32,000 nucleotides of DNA from Promethearchaeota archaeon (GTDB lineage: Archaea; Asgardarchaeota; Lokiarchaeia; Sigyniarchaeales; Promethearchaeaceae), in assembly GCA_016933055.1 (NCBI GenBank), contig JAFGBS010000008.1, forward strand, positions 1-32,000, read 5' to 3'. Positions 8,667-17,729 of the stretch are shown here, one piece after another (the first letter of the stretch is position 1; each line of letters starts with the position of its first letter). The notes under the pieces were generated by a model, which did no database searches, was not told where the DNA came from, and saw nothing but the letters and a program-made list of their open reading frames with translations. A program made the translations under genes and the position numbers.

Positions 8667-10823
8667 TTACCGTTTGTGCGATATTCTACTGATAGCATCT
8701 TTCAATTTTTGAAGAACGTTACTGTTTTTTATTTGTATTTCGTGTTTTTGTAGATTTTTTTGACTTTTCGTGGATTCTTCTTTTAAATGTTGGAGTAGGT
8801 TTTTTTCTCGTAGCATTTCCTTTCGAGTAATGACTTTCACTTGTTTATATGCGTCAGGATTTGATATAGTCAATTTCTCAACACGTTTAAGTCGCGTTTT
8901 TGCCTGTTCTTCCTCTAAACGAGTTCGTGTTTCCATAGTTTGGAGTTTCTGAGCCTCAAGACAACGAAGAATATCAGAATGAGAAAGTATACCCACAACA
9001 TGCTTCTTACTGGGAGATTCTAATACCACCAGACGATCAATATCCGAACAGTAAATTGCACTTAAAGCTTGTTGTACAGCGTCATCGGGATAGATAATAT
9101 TTGCCTTTTTTCCTGCATTCTCCAATACCGACATGTTCGTTTTATCTTGTGCTAGAGCTTGTTTTACATTCGAATCCGTAATTATCCCCAGATATTCTCC
9201 TTCGGTGTTTATTATAGGATATGCAAAGTGATCCATGGATTCAGCTAGCGCAGCAAAATCACCCATTTTCATGGTATCAAGAACACAAATAACATTTTTT
9301 GTCATAATATCCATGACCCTTGTTTCGGCAAGCAAATCACTTGGACCCCCCATAGTAATGCTAAGTCCTTTTATTGCAATTTTTTGGGAGTAAATTGTTT
9401 CTTTCATAAGTAAACGACTCATGAAGTAACTAATGCTACATGTGATCATCAATGGGAGTATATTTTGGTAGGATTGTGTCATTTCCGCCGCCATAAATAT
9501 CATGGTAAGAACCGCGCGTGATGAACCAGCATAAACAGAAGCCATACCTGTTAAGGTGAACAAAGCATACATAGCTGGAGAAAAATTTAATCCACCCAAT
9601 GATAACATCCGAGCAACCCAATATCCAGCTATTGCGCCTATAACTAATGCAGGACCGAAAATTCCTCCTGAATTACCCGTTCCTACGGATAGTGCAGTAG
9701 CAAGAATTTTAAAGATGATTAATAATATCAAAGTGATTCCTAAGCTTCCAAAGATAAGTGAGAATCCAAATAATCCAGCTTCCCCGGCATTAAATGCATC
9801 TAATATCAACTTATAATCCACTCCACCAAATATGGAGGGTATATTTTCAACATCCTTTGCATAAATTTCCCGTGTCCCCAGTAAAAAGTTAATTGTAACC
9901 GAACCTTCTCGTGGGCTGATTATGCCCAGTAAGCCTGTTAAAAGAGCTCCCCCAACCAAAACCATAAAAGGTGGGATTTTTGTATGGTAAGCCCATCGCT
10001 CAATGTAATAGATGGATTTATTATAAAATAAAGCAATAAATCCACAGAATATTCCCAATACGATAAACCAATGAAGATATGGTAAATATTCCAAAAAATC
10101 AATATCCCGGAAGATATCAGGGATTTCGATAATTGCATGTGCCCCCGTTTCAAGAATTAAACGCCCGGTTACATTTGCAACTACTGAGGAAATAATAATG
10201 GGTATCAGGTTTTGTACACTCATGGATACCAGCAATATTTCAATTCCAAATATCAACCCTCCGATCGGAGCATTAAATGCTGCTGATAATCCCGCTACTA
10301 ATCCACACACCACGATTGTCTGAATATTTCTTCCTTTCAACCCTAGTTTACGCCCTAATAACGAGCTAAAACCCGCTCCAATTTGAGCAATCGGTCCTTC
10401 TCTCCCTAAACTAAGCCCTCCCCCGATGCAAATTCCTGATAGGACAAGTTTTAAATAAGGTGTCACTGTTTTAATGTAGCCTTCTTTATAAGTCAAACTT
10501 TCCATCACTTCGGGGATTCCATGTCCCCTTGCTTCAGGTGCGTATTTAATCAAAAAGGGAGCTGTAATAACAGCAGCAAGCGTAGGAAGAACAATAATCA
10601 TGATCCATTTCCACCGTTCAGGAATATTATCATAAATCACACCATAAAAAAAGAATCTTGTTCCCGAAATCAAGATCCCTAATAACCATGCAGCGATCGC
10701 TCCCATGAATCCGCTTAAAATTGCTATACAATTCATTACGAAATATTTTTTACCTAGTAGCCATTTTACCGCTTCTTTTGGATGCTGGATGAAATAACAA
10801 AAGCGTACTGCTAATCTTTTCAA
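8667..10823 (-). CDS. CLC-family chloride channel/antiporter with a CBS pair
   Basis: GHGIPE, GREGP (gating Glu), FGIEILL (inner Glu), GGIFGP motifs and C-terminal CBS repeats; the frame stays open 43 codons upstream of the TTG, so the true start is uncertain. Confidence 0.92.
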   Translation of the reverse strand: MKRLAVRFCYFIQHPKEAVKWLLGKKYFVMNCIAILSGFMGAIAAWLLGILISGTRFFFYGVIYDNIPERWKWIMIIVLPTLAAVITAPFLIKYAPEARGHGIPEVMESLTYKEGYIKTVTPYLKLVLSGICIGGGLSLGREGPIAQIGAGFSSLLGRKLGLKGRNIQTIVVCGLVAGLSAAFNAPIGGLIFGIEILLVSMSVQNLIPIIISSVVANVTGRLILETGAHAIIEIPDIFRDIDFLEYLPYLHWFIVLGIFCGFIALFYNKSIYYIERWAYHTKIPPFMVLVGGALLTGLLGIISPREGSVTINFLLGTREIYAKDVENIPSIFGGVDYKLILDAFNAGEAGLFGFSLIFGSLGITLILLIIFKILATALSVGTGNSGGIFGPALVIGAIAGYWVARMLSLGGLNFSPAMYALFTLTGMASVYAGSSRAVLTMIFMAAEMTQSYQNILPLMITCSISYFMSRLLMKETIYSQKIAIKGLSITMGGPSDLLAETRVMDIMTKNVICVLDTMKMGDFAALAESMDHFAYPIINTEGEYLGIITDSNVKQALAQDKTNMSVLENAGKKANIIYPDDAVQQALSAIYCSDIDRLVVLESPSKKHVVGILSHSDILRCLEAQKLQTMETRTRLEEEQAKTRLKRVEKLTISNPDAYKQVKVITRKEMLREKNLLQHLKEESTKSQKNLQKHEIQIKNSNVLQKLKDAISRISHKR

Positions 10824-11182
10824 TCTAGTAGGTATCGTGTGAAAAATTTTTTGCGGATTTTCATTTATTATGGTACCTGTGTATTGGGTTTTGCTCTCTA
10901 TTCGAAGAATATTGATGTCTTTTGCATTCTGTTCATCAGATTTTGTTATTGGTCATGCCCACCTTTACAGTTTGCTATTTTGAACCAAAAAAAAATAAAT
11001 TATTATCTTTCTAAGATTAAGAATAAATCCTAAATACTTATGTTTTGTTTCTGAATTGAAAATATCATATTTGAATAATTAGGATGCTGTATATTAATAG
11101 TGGATAGAAATTTAATATGATTGTCGTATTATAGATGAAAAAACTGTCGTATACAAAAAAATGAGATTTTAATTTCATATAC

Positions 11183-12562
11183 TTAAATTCGATGGTATAA
11201 ATAACGATCAAAAGTTGCATATGAAATTTTTCCTGTTTTTTCATCCCGTACGAATTGAATTTTTTCTCTTTGATCTGGGAATCCCGTAGGGATGGTAAAA
11301 ATGAGATTTTCAGGGTCTTCTACTGAAATAGGGATATCAAAATCCCCGTCATCGATTTCAAGATGAGCCATCAGTAGGGGACCCTTGGTTTCCAATTTAA
11401 GAGAATACAATTCTCTATAGCTTTTATATGTACCTTCTACCATGGAAATAAGGTTTTTGTATTTTAGTGCGGGTAGTTCTTCAGGGTCATTACCAGTTAA
11501 GATCGCTAAGATCCCTTCTGTTATCAATCGACAATTCGCATTAGCATCATTTTCCGCTGAAAATACTCCGATATTCAACTCTGGTAAAATCATTAATGAA
11601 GCTGTGGATGATGACAATCCCCCTCCGTGCTGCAATAATGTGGTCCCGAATCTTTCTTCTCTCACCCATCCCAACCCATAGTATCCCTCTCCTTTGTAAG
11701 AATATGGGCATTTAATTATGGGATTCCACAGTATTTCACAAGTTTCGGGGTGTAAAATTAAAGAGTCATGAAATTGCCCACGGTGGAGGATAAGTTGAAT
11801 ATAATTAGCCATTTCATGTGCTGAGCTAAGAATACCACCGGGAGGATCAAGAAAGTCACTGTAAGGGTGAGAATATGTGGTAACCTTATTGTCTTCTATA
11901 CAATATCCTGTGCTGAAATCGTTTAGTGAATCTTTTTTTACGTCATCTGAATTATAGCTCGTTCGTATCATTTCCAGTTTTGACAAACAATGTTCTCTCA
12001 TATACTCCGAAAATTTCTGTCCCGTTATATCTTCTATAATATACCCTATTAATGCATACATGTCATTATTATAAAAAAAACGTTCCCCAGGCTCGAACAG
12101 CCGTTCTTTTTCTGCACTTTTTACATACCATTCTAAATCCGAACGACTAATAATAGGAGTAAAATCTATATGTCGCTTATTGTGGTGTAACATTTCTATA
12201 ATCGTACCATCAAGAGCTGGAAAACCCGAGGAATGGCTTAAAAGATGTTTCAGAAGAATTGGTTTATCTGGGTTTTCCGGAAACCAAGGAAAGTACTTTT
12301 TTATGGGATCACTAATATTGAGCAATCCCTTTTCTTGCAACTGTAAAATTGCTAGTGCAGTAAAGGATTTTGATATGCTTCCGATTCCAATTAGAGTATT
12401 CTCGGTCATTGGTAAAAGTTCTTCAAGGTTCCGGTATCCAAATCCCCTTTCAAAAATAATTTTGTCGTCCTTTACCACAGACACGGATAATCCAGGTACC
12501 TTATGTTTTGCCATTAAATTCATTATTAACGATGTAAAGCAATCATCATAATTCGAGCTCAT
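11183..12562 (-). CDS. Serine hydrolase, beta-lactamase/AmpC-like (CubicO/Pab87-type peptidase)
   Basis: SxxK (SISK), YxN (YNN) and HxG (QHGG) motifs; about 100-aa C-terminal beta-rich extension; no signal peptide. Confidence 0.85.
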   Translation of the reverse strand: MSSNYDDCFTSLIMNLMAKHKVPGLSVSVVKDDKIIFERGFGYRNLEELLPMTENTLIGIGSISKSFTALAILQLQEKGLLNISDPIKKYFPWFPENPDKPILLKHLLSHSSGFPALDGTIIEMLHHNKRHIDFTPIISRSDLEWYVKSAEKERLFEPGERFFYNNDMYALIGYIIEDITGQKFSEYMREHCLSKLEMIRTSYNSDDVKKDSLNDFSTGYCIEDNKVTTYSHPYSDFLDPPGGILSSAHEMANYIQLILHRGQFHDSLILHPETCEILWNPIIKCPYSYKGEGYYGLGWVREERFGTTLLQHGGGLSSSTASLMILPELNIGVFSAENDANANCRLITEGILAILTGNDPEELPALKYKNLISMVEGTYKSYRELYSLKLETKGPLLMAHLEIDDGDFDIPISVEDPENLIFTIPTGFPDQREKIQFVRDEKTGKISYATFDRYLYHRI

Positions 12563-12683
12563 ACTCCTTGATTCGACTTTAACCTTTATATGGCTTTAGT
12601 TGACGGATATGAAAAAAGAATGAATGAAAGATCAAAGGGATCTTATGGGGTTATGTATTCTTTCGAATAATTCATAATTTGGT

Positions 12684-13208
12684 TCAATTTTCGATAATTA
12701 AATCATGAGATAATACGCTTTTCAACTGGATCACATGCTGATAAAACTCATTAATTCGTTTTCCCGATCCTTTCACGGGGATTATCAAAATACATCGTTC
12801 ATGAGCACTATGAACATGCATTTTGGTTAGCACAATGTCATGGTAAAGATGCTCCAAATGATTTATCTTTATTAGATCACTATCCGGGTAATTAAAATAA
12901 TGCGCCATAAGAATATGTGAAGCATCATCTTCTGCATGTTGAACACTGTGGGATTCGGTTGATAGCACAGTATGATCATGATCATGACCTTCCCATAAAT
13001 GTTCGAGACAAATTATAATCACTGCTGTAGTAAATTTATCGGATATCAGTTTTTCTTCTCGGGTTTCTTTAATAAGATAATCACGCATTGCTTTTCGGAT
13101 TGCATCAGATCGATTAATTCCATAGTTAGCCCGAAACGCTTCGAATTCTTCAAATTGAGCTTTTGGTAATGAAATGGAAAACCGATGAAATTCTTCTTTA
13201 TCGCTCAT
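12684..13208 (-). CDS. nikR: NikR-family nickel-responsive regulator with His-rich insertion
   Basis: N-terminal RHH (RFSISLP...NRSDAIRKAMR); H120/H131/H133/C139 have the same 11-2-6 spacing as the E. coli NikR Ni ligands. Confidence 0.85.
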   Translation of the reverse strand: MSDKEEFHRFSISLPKAQFEEFEAFRANYGINRSDAIRKAMRDYLIKETREEKLISDKFTTAVIIICLEHLWEGHDHDHTVLSTESHSVQHAEDDASHILMAHYFNYPDSDLIKINHLEHLYHDIVLTKMHVHSAHERCILIIPVKGSGKRINEFYQHVIQLKSVLSHDLIIEN

Positions 13209-13210
13209 AA

Positions 13211-14347
13211 TTAACCACTTTTCAGATTTTCTTTATGATAAAATTCGATACCATGTCCAGTTAATCGATAATAGCCCTCATATGCACATTTCATGCAATA
13301 TTCTTGATCATTTTTAATTATTTTACGGGAACTCATGGCTTTTTCTCTACACTTATCGCAATAAAAATCAGAATGTATTGGTGCTCTTGCTGGAAGGTCG
13401 TATGATATTACTTCTACATTCAATAATAAATTTGAGTTGAGATTCATCATATCAAATCCAACTTGACGGGAAGTTTTTCGATAAGCATTGATTTCTTCTT
13501 CGGTCGCGTTGCGATCTCTTACGACTTTATCAAATAATTGGGTATATTCATCCCTATTTGGAAGCAAATCCCGCCAATTATCCTTCACTGTTATACGTAA
13601 AGCTTTTCCACTACGTTCAACAAGAGTTACGGCAGTTTTTCCAATATCCTCAAAAATAAGTGAATTATTCCCGAAAGTACATCCGGTTACAAATTGAATC
13701 GCATCAGAGGCGCAATTGTTCATTTCCACGATTGCGATCAGATTCTCCATGATCCCATTTGAAAACTTCCGAAGTTCTTGCATACCCCTAGTACCTAAAT
13801 GAATTCCCAATGCTAAACCTGGGCAGTAATGACCATGCAGTTGTCCCGCTGCGTGAAATAAACTTGTCTTATCATCAGCTAATATTTTTTCTATAATCCA
13901 ACTGCGGGGAGTATCCAAAGGAACAAAAGTCAACATCGAAGTATCTAAAGGACCATTTTCTTCTTTCAAATCATATAGTGGAAAATACGGCTTGATATCA
14001 ATAACAGGGGTGCCATTAATCGCATCTAATCCCATCACCTGAATTCCTTTTTCTGTTGTTTCGAGTAATTGAACGGTAGAAATTCCTAAGGAATTAGGAC
14101 GGTGAGGTGTACGTGTGGCGAATACACCTTTGTATTCTCCATGTCGGTTAAAATGCTTTAATCGTATGGGTTCTGTGCTTTTATGCATCAAAAACACAAT
14201 AGTAACATACCTAGATTCATCCAACCGGTATAATCCATCTCGAAATTCCTCGTTAATTTCAATGACACTCTCAATATTTTGGAATTTCAGCGGATCCATC
14301 GATGCGTTTATTGAATTTTTAACGATTCCAATTTTAGTTAACTGCAT
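13211..14347 (-). CDS. TsaA/TrmO-like SAM-binding domain fused to FmdE-like domain
   Basis: GVFATRTPHRPN...LDAINGTPVIDIKPY (TsaA) followed by HGHYCPGLALG...CASDAIQFVTGCTFG and a C-terminal CxxC...CxxC finger (FmdE). Confidence 0.88.
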   Translation of the reverse strand: MQLTKIGIVKNSINASMDPLKFQNIESVIEINEEFRDGLYRLDESRYVTIVFLMHKSTEPIRLKHFNRHGEYKGVFATRTPHRPNSLGISTVQLLETTEKGIQVMGLDAINGTPVIDIKPYFPLYDLKEENGPLDTSMLTFVPLDTPRSWIIEKILADDKTSLFHAAGQLHGHYCPGLALGIHLGTRGMQELRKFSNGIMENLIAIVEMNNCASDAIQFVTGCTFGNNSLIFEDIGKTAVTLVERSGKALRITVKDNWRDLLPNRDEYTQLFDKVVRDRNATEEEINAYRKTSRQVGFDMMNLNSNLLLNVEVISYDLPARAPIHSDFYCDKCREKAMSSRKIIKNDQEYCMKCAYEGYYRLTGHGIEFYHKENLKSG

Positions 14348-15185
14348 CCATTTCCCCTTGTTTATTGGTGCTACCTTTTGGTGCTGCGTTTACTAGTTCA
14401 TGGTGTACATTTTTTTTTGCTTTTGAATTTTGGATGGGAATTAAAAAAATTCCTCCATTATCATCATGGAAAATGGATACTTTGACTTGGAATACTTTTT
14501 TTATTATTGCTTGTGTAAATATTTCGCGCCCTCCACAAGCATATATTTGGTGATCATGCACCATGATAAATTTATCACAATATTTCAATGCTAAATTCAA
14601 GTCATGAATAGCCATCACCACGGTCTTTCCTCGTTTTGATAAGTCCTTTAATAGGTCCAGAATTTCAAGTTGATGGTGTAAATCTAAATTAGCAGTGGGT
14701 TCATCCAATAACAAAATATCGGGATCTTGGGCAAATACCCGTCCAATAATGACTTTCTGACGCTGTCCTCCGGACATTTCATTAATATTGCGCAAACTTA
14801 AGTCTTTCAAACCTAAATTTAGAATAATTGAGGAGACTATTTCCAGATCGTTTTCAGTCGGACCCCATGAAAAATGTGGTTTTCGACCCATCAAAATTGT
14901 ATTGAATACTGAGGTTGGAAATTGTGTTAACTCAGTTTGGGGAATATATCCTATAGTTTTTGCAATATCTTCTAATTTCATCCCCTTTAGTGAACGTTCT
15001 CTGATTTGAATCTTCCCTGATTTAGGTTTCAGTAATTTTTGAATTAGTTTTAATATGGTAGTTTTACCAGCACCATTCGGTCCGACTATTCCAATGAATT
15101 CTCCTTTTTGTACTGTAAATGAAATATTATTTAGTACCGGTGTACTGTTATAGGCAAAACTTACTGAATCAACGTTTATTTCCAT
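14334..15185 (-). CDS. ABC transporter ATP-binding protein, FecE/BtuD type
   Basis: Walker A GPNGAGKT, signature MSGGQRQK, LLLDEPT, H-loop AIHDLN. Confidence 0.95.
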   Translation of the reverse strand: MEINVDSVSFAYNSTPVLNNISFTVQKGEFIGIVGPNGAGKTTILKLIQKLLKPKSGKIQIRERSLKGMKLEDIAKTIGYIPQTELTQFPTSVFNTILMGRKPHFSWGPTENDLEIVSSIILNLGLKDLSLRNINEMSGGQRQKVIIGRVFAQDPDILLLDEPTANLDLHHQLEILDLLKDLSKRGKTVVMAIHDLNLALKYCDKFIMVHDHQIYACGGREIFTQAIIKKVFQVKVSIFHDDNGGIFLIPIQNSKAKKNVHHELVNAAPKGSTNKQGEMDAVN

Positions 15186-15207
15186 ATTATTCGACTCTAT
15201 ATTTGTG

Positions 15208-16404
15208 TTAAGATTTTGAAATGTTTTTTTTCCGTAATAGTAAGTATAAGAATAGTGGTGCCCCTAAAAAGGACGTAAGAACACCAACGGGTAAAATAAC
15301 AGGACTTAAGATGGTTCGGGCTACAGTATCTGCAATCAACAGAAAAACACTCCCGAATACACCCGATCCGATAACTAAAAAGTGTTCATCGTTTCCAACA
15401 ATCCGCCGTACTATGTGGGGCACTACTAAACCTACATAGGCTATGATACCAAAAAATGAGATAATAGTAGCGGTCATTAACGAAGCAACAATCATCCCAA
15501 TTATCCGAATACTGGTTATTTTAACTCCTAAAGACTGTGCGACATCATCCCCCACATCCAAGATATTATAATTCCAGGAATTGAATATGAAATAAAGCAT
15601 GCTGGGTACAGTCACAATACCGATGATGAGAAATTGTGTCCAATTTGCTCGTCCTAAATCTCCAAATGTCCAATAGACTATAGCGGCCAGTTGAACTTCA
15701 TCAGCAAAATATTGGAGGGCGGTTGATCCAGCTGAAAATAATGATCCGATAATGATTCCCATCAAAATCATTGTTTGGGGTTTTGCATCAAAAAATTTTG
15801 AGATAAACAAAATAAGTAAAGTGGTTAGAACACAAAATGCAAATGCGCATATTGTAATAATATAGGGATTGTTAATGATAACAGCATCCCCATAGGTCGA
15901 ATGCATAGAGCCTGCTCCAAAGAGAATAACCGCAAATGCGGCACCAAATGCAGCTGCATTTGATATTCCTAAGGTAAAAGGTGATCCAAGGGGATTGCGT
16001 AGAATGCTTTGCATTGCCACTCCACTCACGGATAAACAAAAACCGGCTAATGCTGCCGAAAGAACTCGCGGTAAACGAATATTCCAAAGTATGGTTTCAT
16101 AGACAGGATCACCTTCCTGAAAAATTAGGATGATTATTTCCCGAAGTGGGATTCGGACGGATCCCAGAGTCATTCCAAATAGGATGAAAAAAAACAGCGC
16201 TCCTAAGGTCAATATAATAAAAGAAATTTTTCTCCCAACATGCCTTTTATATTCGTGTTTGATCTTACCAATGGTTTGGAGAATAATCGCTTGCTCTTGT
16301 TCAGTAGTAATTATTACCTTCTCTGGTTTTGAGTCTTTGTTGTTTTCTTCCTTATCATTGGACTCTTTTCCCTCAAGATTATCAGCTGCCTTAATTTCCA
16401 TCAT
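15208..16404 (-). CDS. FecCD/BtuC-family ABC permease
   Basis: IRLPRVL, LRNPLGSPFTLGISNAAAFGA, GIIAYVGLVVPHIVR, PVGVLTSFLGAP; ATG at 16404 overlaps the upstream stop (ATGA). Confidence 0.95.
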   Translation of the reverse strand: MMEIKAADNLEGKESNDKEENNKDSKPEKVIITTEQEQAIILQTIGKIKHEYKRHVGRKISFIILTLGALFFFILFGMTLGSVRIPLREIIILIFQEGDPVYETILWNIRLPRVLSAALAGFCLSVSGVAMQSILRNPLGSPFTLGISNAAAFGAAFAVILFGAGSMHSTYGDAVIINNPYIITICAFAFCVLTTLLILFISKFFDAKPQTMILMGIIIGSLFSAGSTALQYFADEVQLAAIVYWTFGDLGRANWTQFLIIGIVTVPSMLYFIFNSWNYNILDVGDDVAQSLGVKITSIRIIGMIVASLMTATIISFFGIIAYVGLVVPHIVRRIVGNDEHFLVIGSGVFGSVFLLIADTVARTILSPVILPVGVLTSFLGAPLFLYLLLRKKNISKS

Positions 16405-17642
16405 GTCCACTTGATTTTGCTTTTTAACACCAATAATGGTATAATCAACATAAAAATTACCCCGATGAGAAGAATTGGATACCCTAGTATACGGTTAGAA
16501 TTATTTTCAGGAATAAAATAGTGTTCCAAAGCATTTTGTGTGGTTTTAGCGTAATATTGAAACATTTCCATTAAATCTGGTAATACATTCTTTCCTACAA
16601 AACTCTCGTAAATTTCAGCTGCAGTGGTATTGATATCTATATCTTCAAATGCCGTAGGATACAAAACTTTTCCCACATAATACGTATTAATTAAAACACT
16701 TCCAAAATTAACTGTATACGAATTATATGGTAATAAAACGTATATATTCTGGTTCTGGACGGCTTGCAACGTGTCGAAATTACCTGTTTTAAAATCATTT
16801 TGAGTAAGGGAGAAACCTCCTCCATCAATGAAAATAATCTCTGGATCCCATACTAAAAGTTGTTCGGGATCTATAAAGGCATGATCTTGGGATATATTTT
16901 GAGCTACATTGTTCGCGTGCACCAGCACAAAAGAATCAAACATTGGCATTGTCGAATCGATTCCATGACCTCCCCTGTAACTTATTCCCCCAACATAACA
17001 AGTTTTGTTCTGAACTGACGATATATTACGGGTTCGTTCATCTAAATCATCTAATAATCCTTCAAGATATATCTTAAATTGATAGAAACGGTCAAGTGTT
17101 CCTAAAATTTGAGCGGTTATGTTTAAACCATCCCACAATAGATTCAAATTTTCACTTAAATCTCCGTATATCAAACCAATTACAGGAATACCCAGCATAG
17201 CTTGTAAATTATCTAAATCTCCTGCTTGATTTTCATTAGTAGTGATCACCACATCCGGATCAGCTTGGACTATTAATTCCGGATTTCCCCCCCATTTTTC
17301 CCCAATTGAGGGTAGATATTGTAATTCCGGATGGGCAAAGAAATAAGGTCGCATTTCAGCAGCGGAGTCTGCTTCCTCTTCTCGTTCGATATTTTCAACT
17401 CCAACCACTTTATCAGTACCATTCATATAAACAATGTATCGTAATGCTCCTGCTCCAGTTCCGACAACCCGATTCACTTCAAATGGAATTTCAACCTCTC
17501 GATTAAACATGTCCCTAATTGTAATTGACTCCGCATTCATAGCATTTGGAACTTTTAACCGATAGTTAGATGAATATTGATTATTTCCTAGTATAATTCC
17601 ACATAATAGAATAAATCCCCAAATAATCACTGATTTCTTCAT
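16401..17642 (-). CDS. Class III (FecB/BtuF-like) solute-binding protein with N-terminal signal and C-terminal TM anchor
   Basis: ITIRDMFNREVEIP, VVGVE, LPSIG...NPELIVQADPDV; GAGGT RBS 7 nt upstream. Confidence 0.9.
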   Translation of the reverse strand: MKKSVIIWGFILLCGIILGNNQYSSNYRLKVPNAMNAESITIRDMFNREVEIPFEVNRVVGTGAGALRYIVYMNGTDKVVGVENIEREEEADSAAEMRPYFFAHPELQYLPSIGEKWGGNPELIVQADPDVVITTNENQAGDLDNLQAMLGIPVIGLIYGDLSENLNLLWDGLNITAQILGTLDRFYQFKIYLEGLLDDLDERTRNISSVQNKTCYVGGISYRGGHGIDSTMPMFDSFVLVHANNVAQNISQDHAFIDPEQLLVWDPEIIFIDGGGFSLTQNDFKTGNFDTLQAVQNQNIYVLLPYNSYTVNFGSVLINTYYVGKVLYPTAFEDIDINTTAAEIYESFVGKNVLPDLMEMFQYYAKTTQNALEHYFIPENNSNRILGYPILLIGVIFMLIIPLLVLKSKIKWT

Positions 17643-17729
17643 ACATCAAACCTCATTATACACAAATAGCTTTGCATCAATTCTGATATGACTCTTTCTA
17701 GAAAAAATAACATTCGTTATTAAGTTTTT

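Noticed and set aside
11183-12562. Beta-lactam resistance gene
   Set aside because: Motifs support only the broad serine-hydrolase fold; lack of a signal peptide and the C-terminal extension fit a cytoplasmic CubicO-type peptidase better
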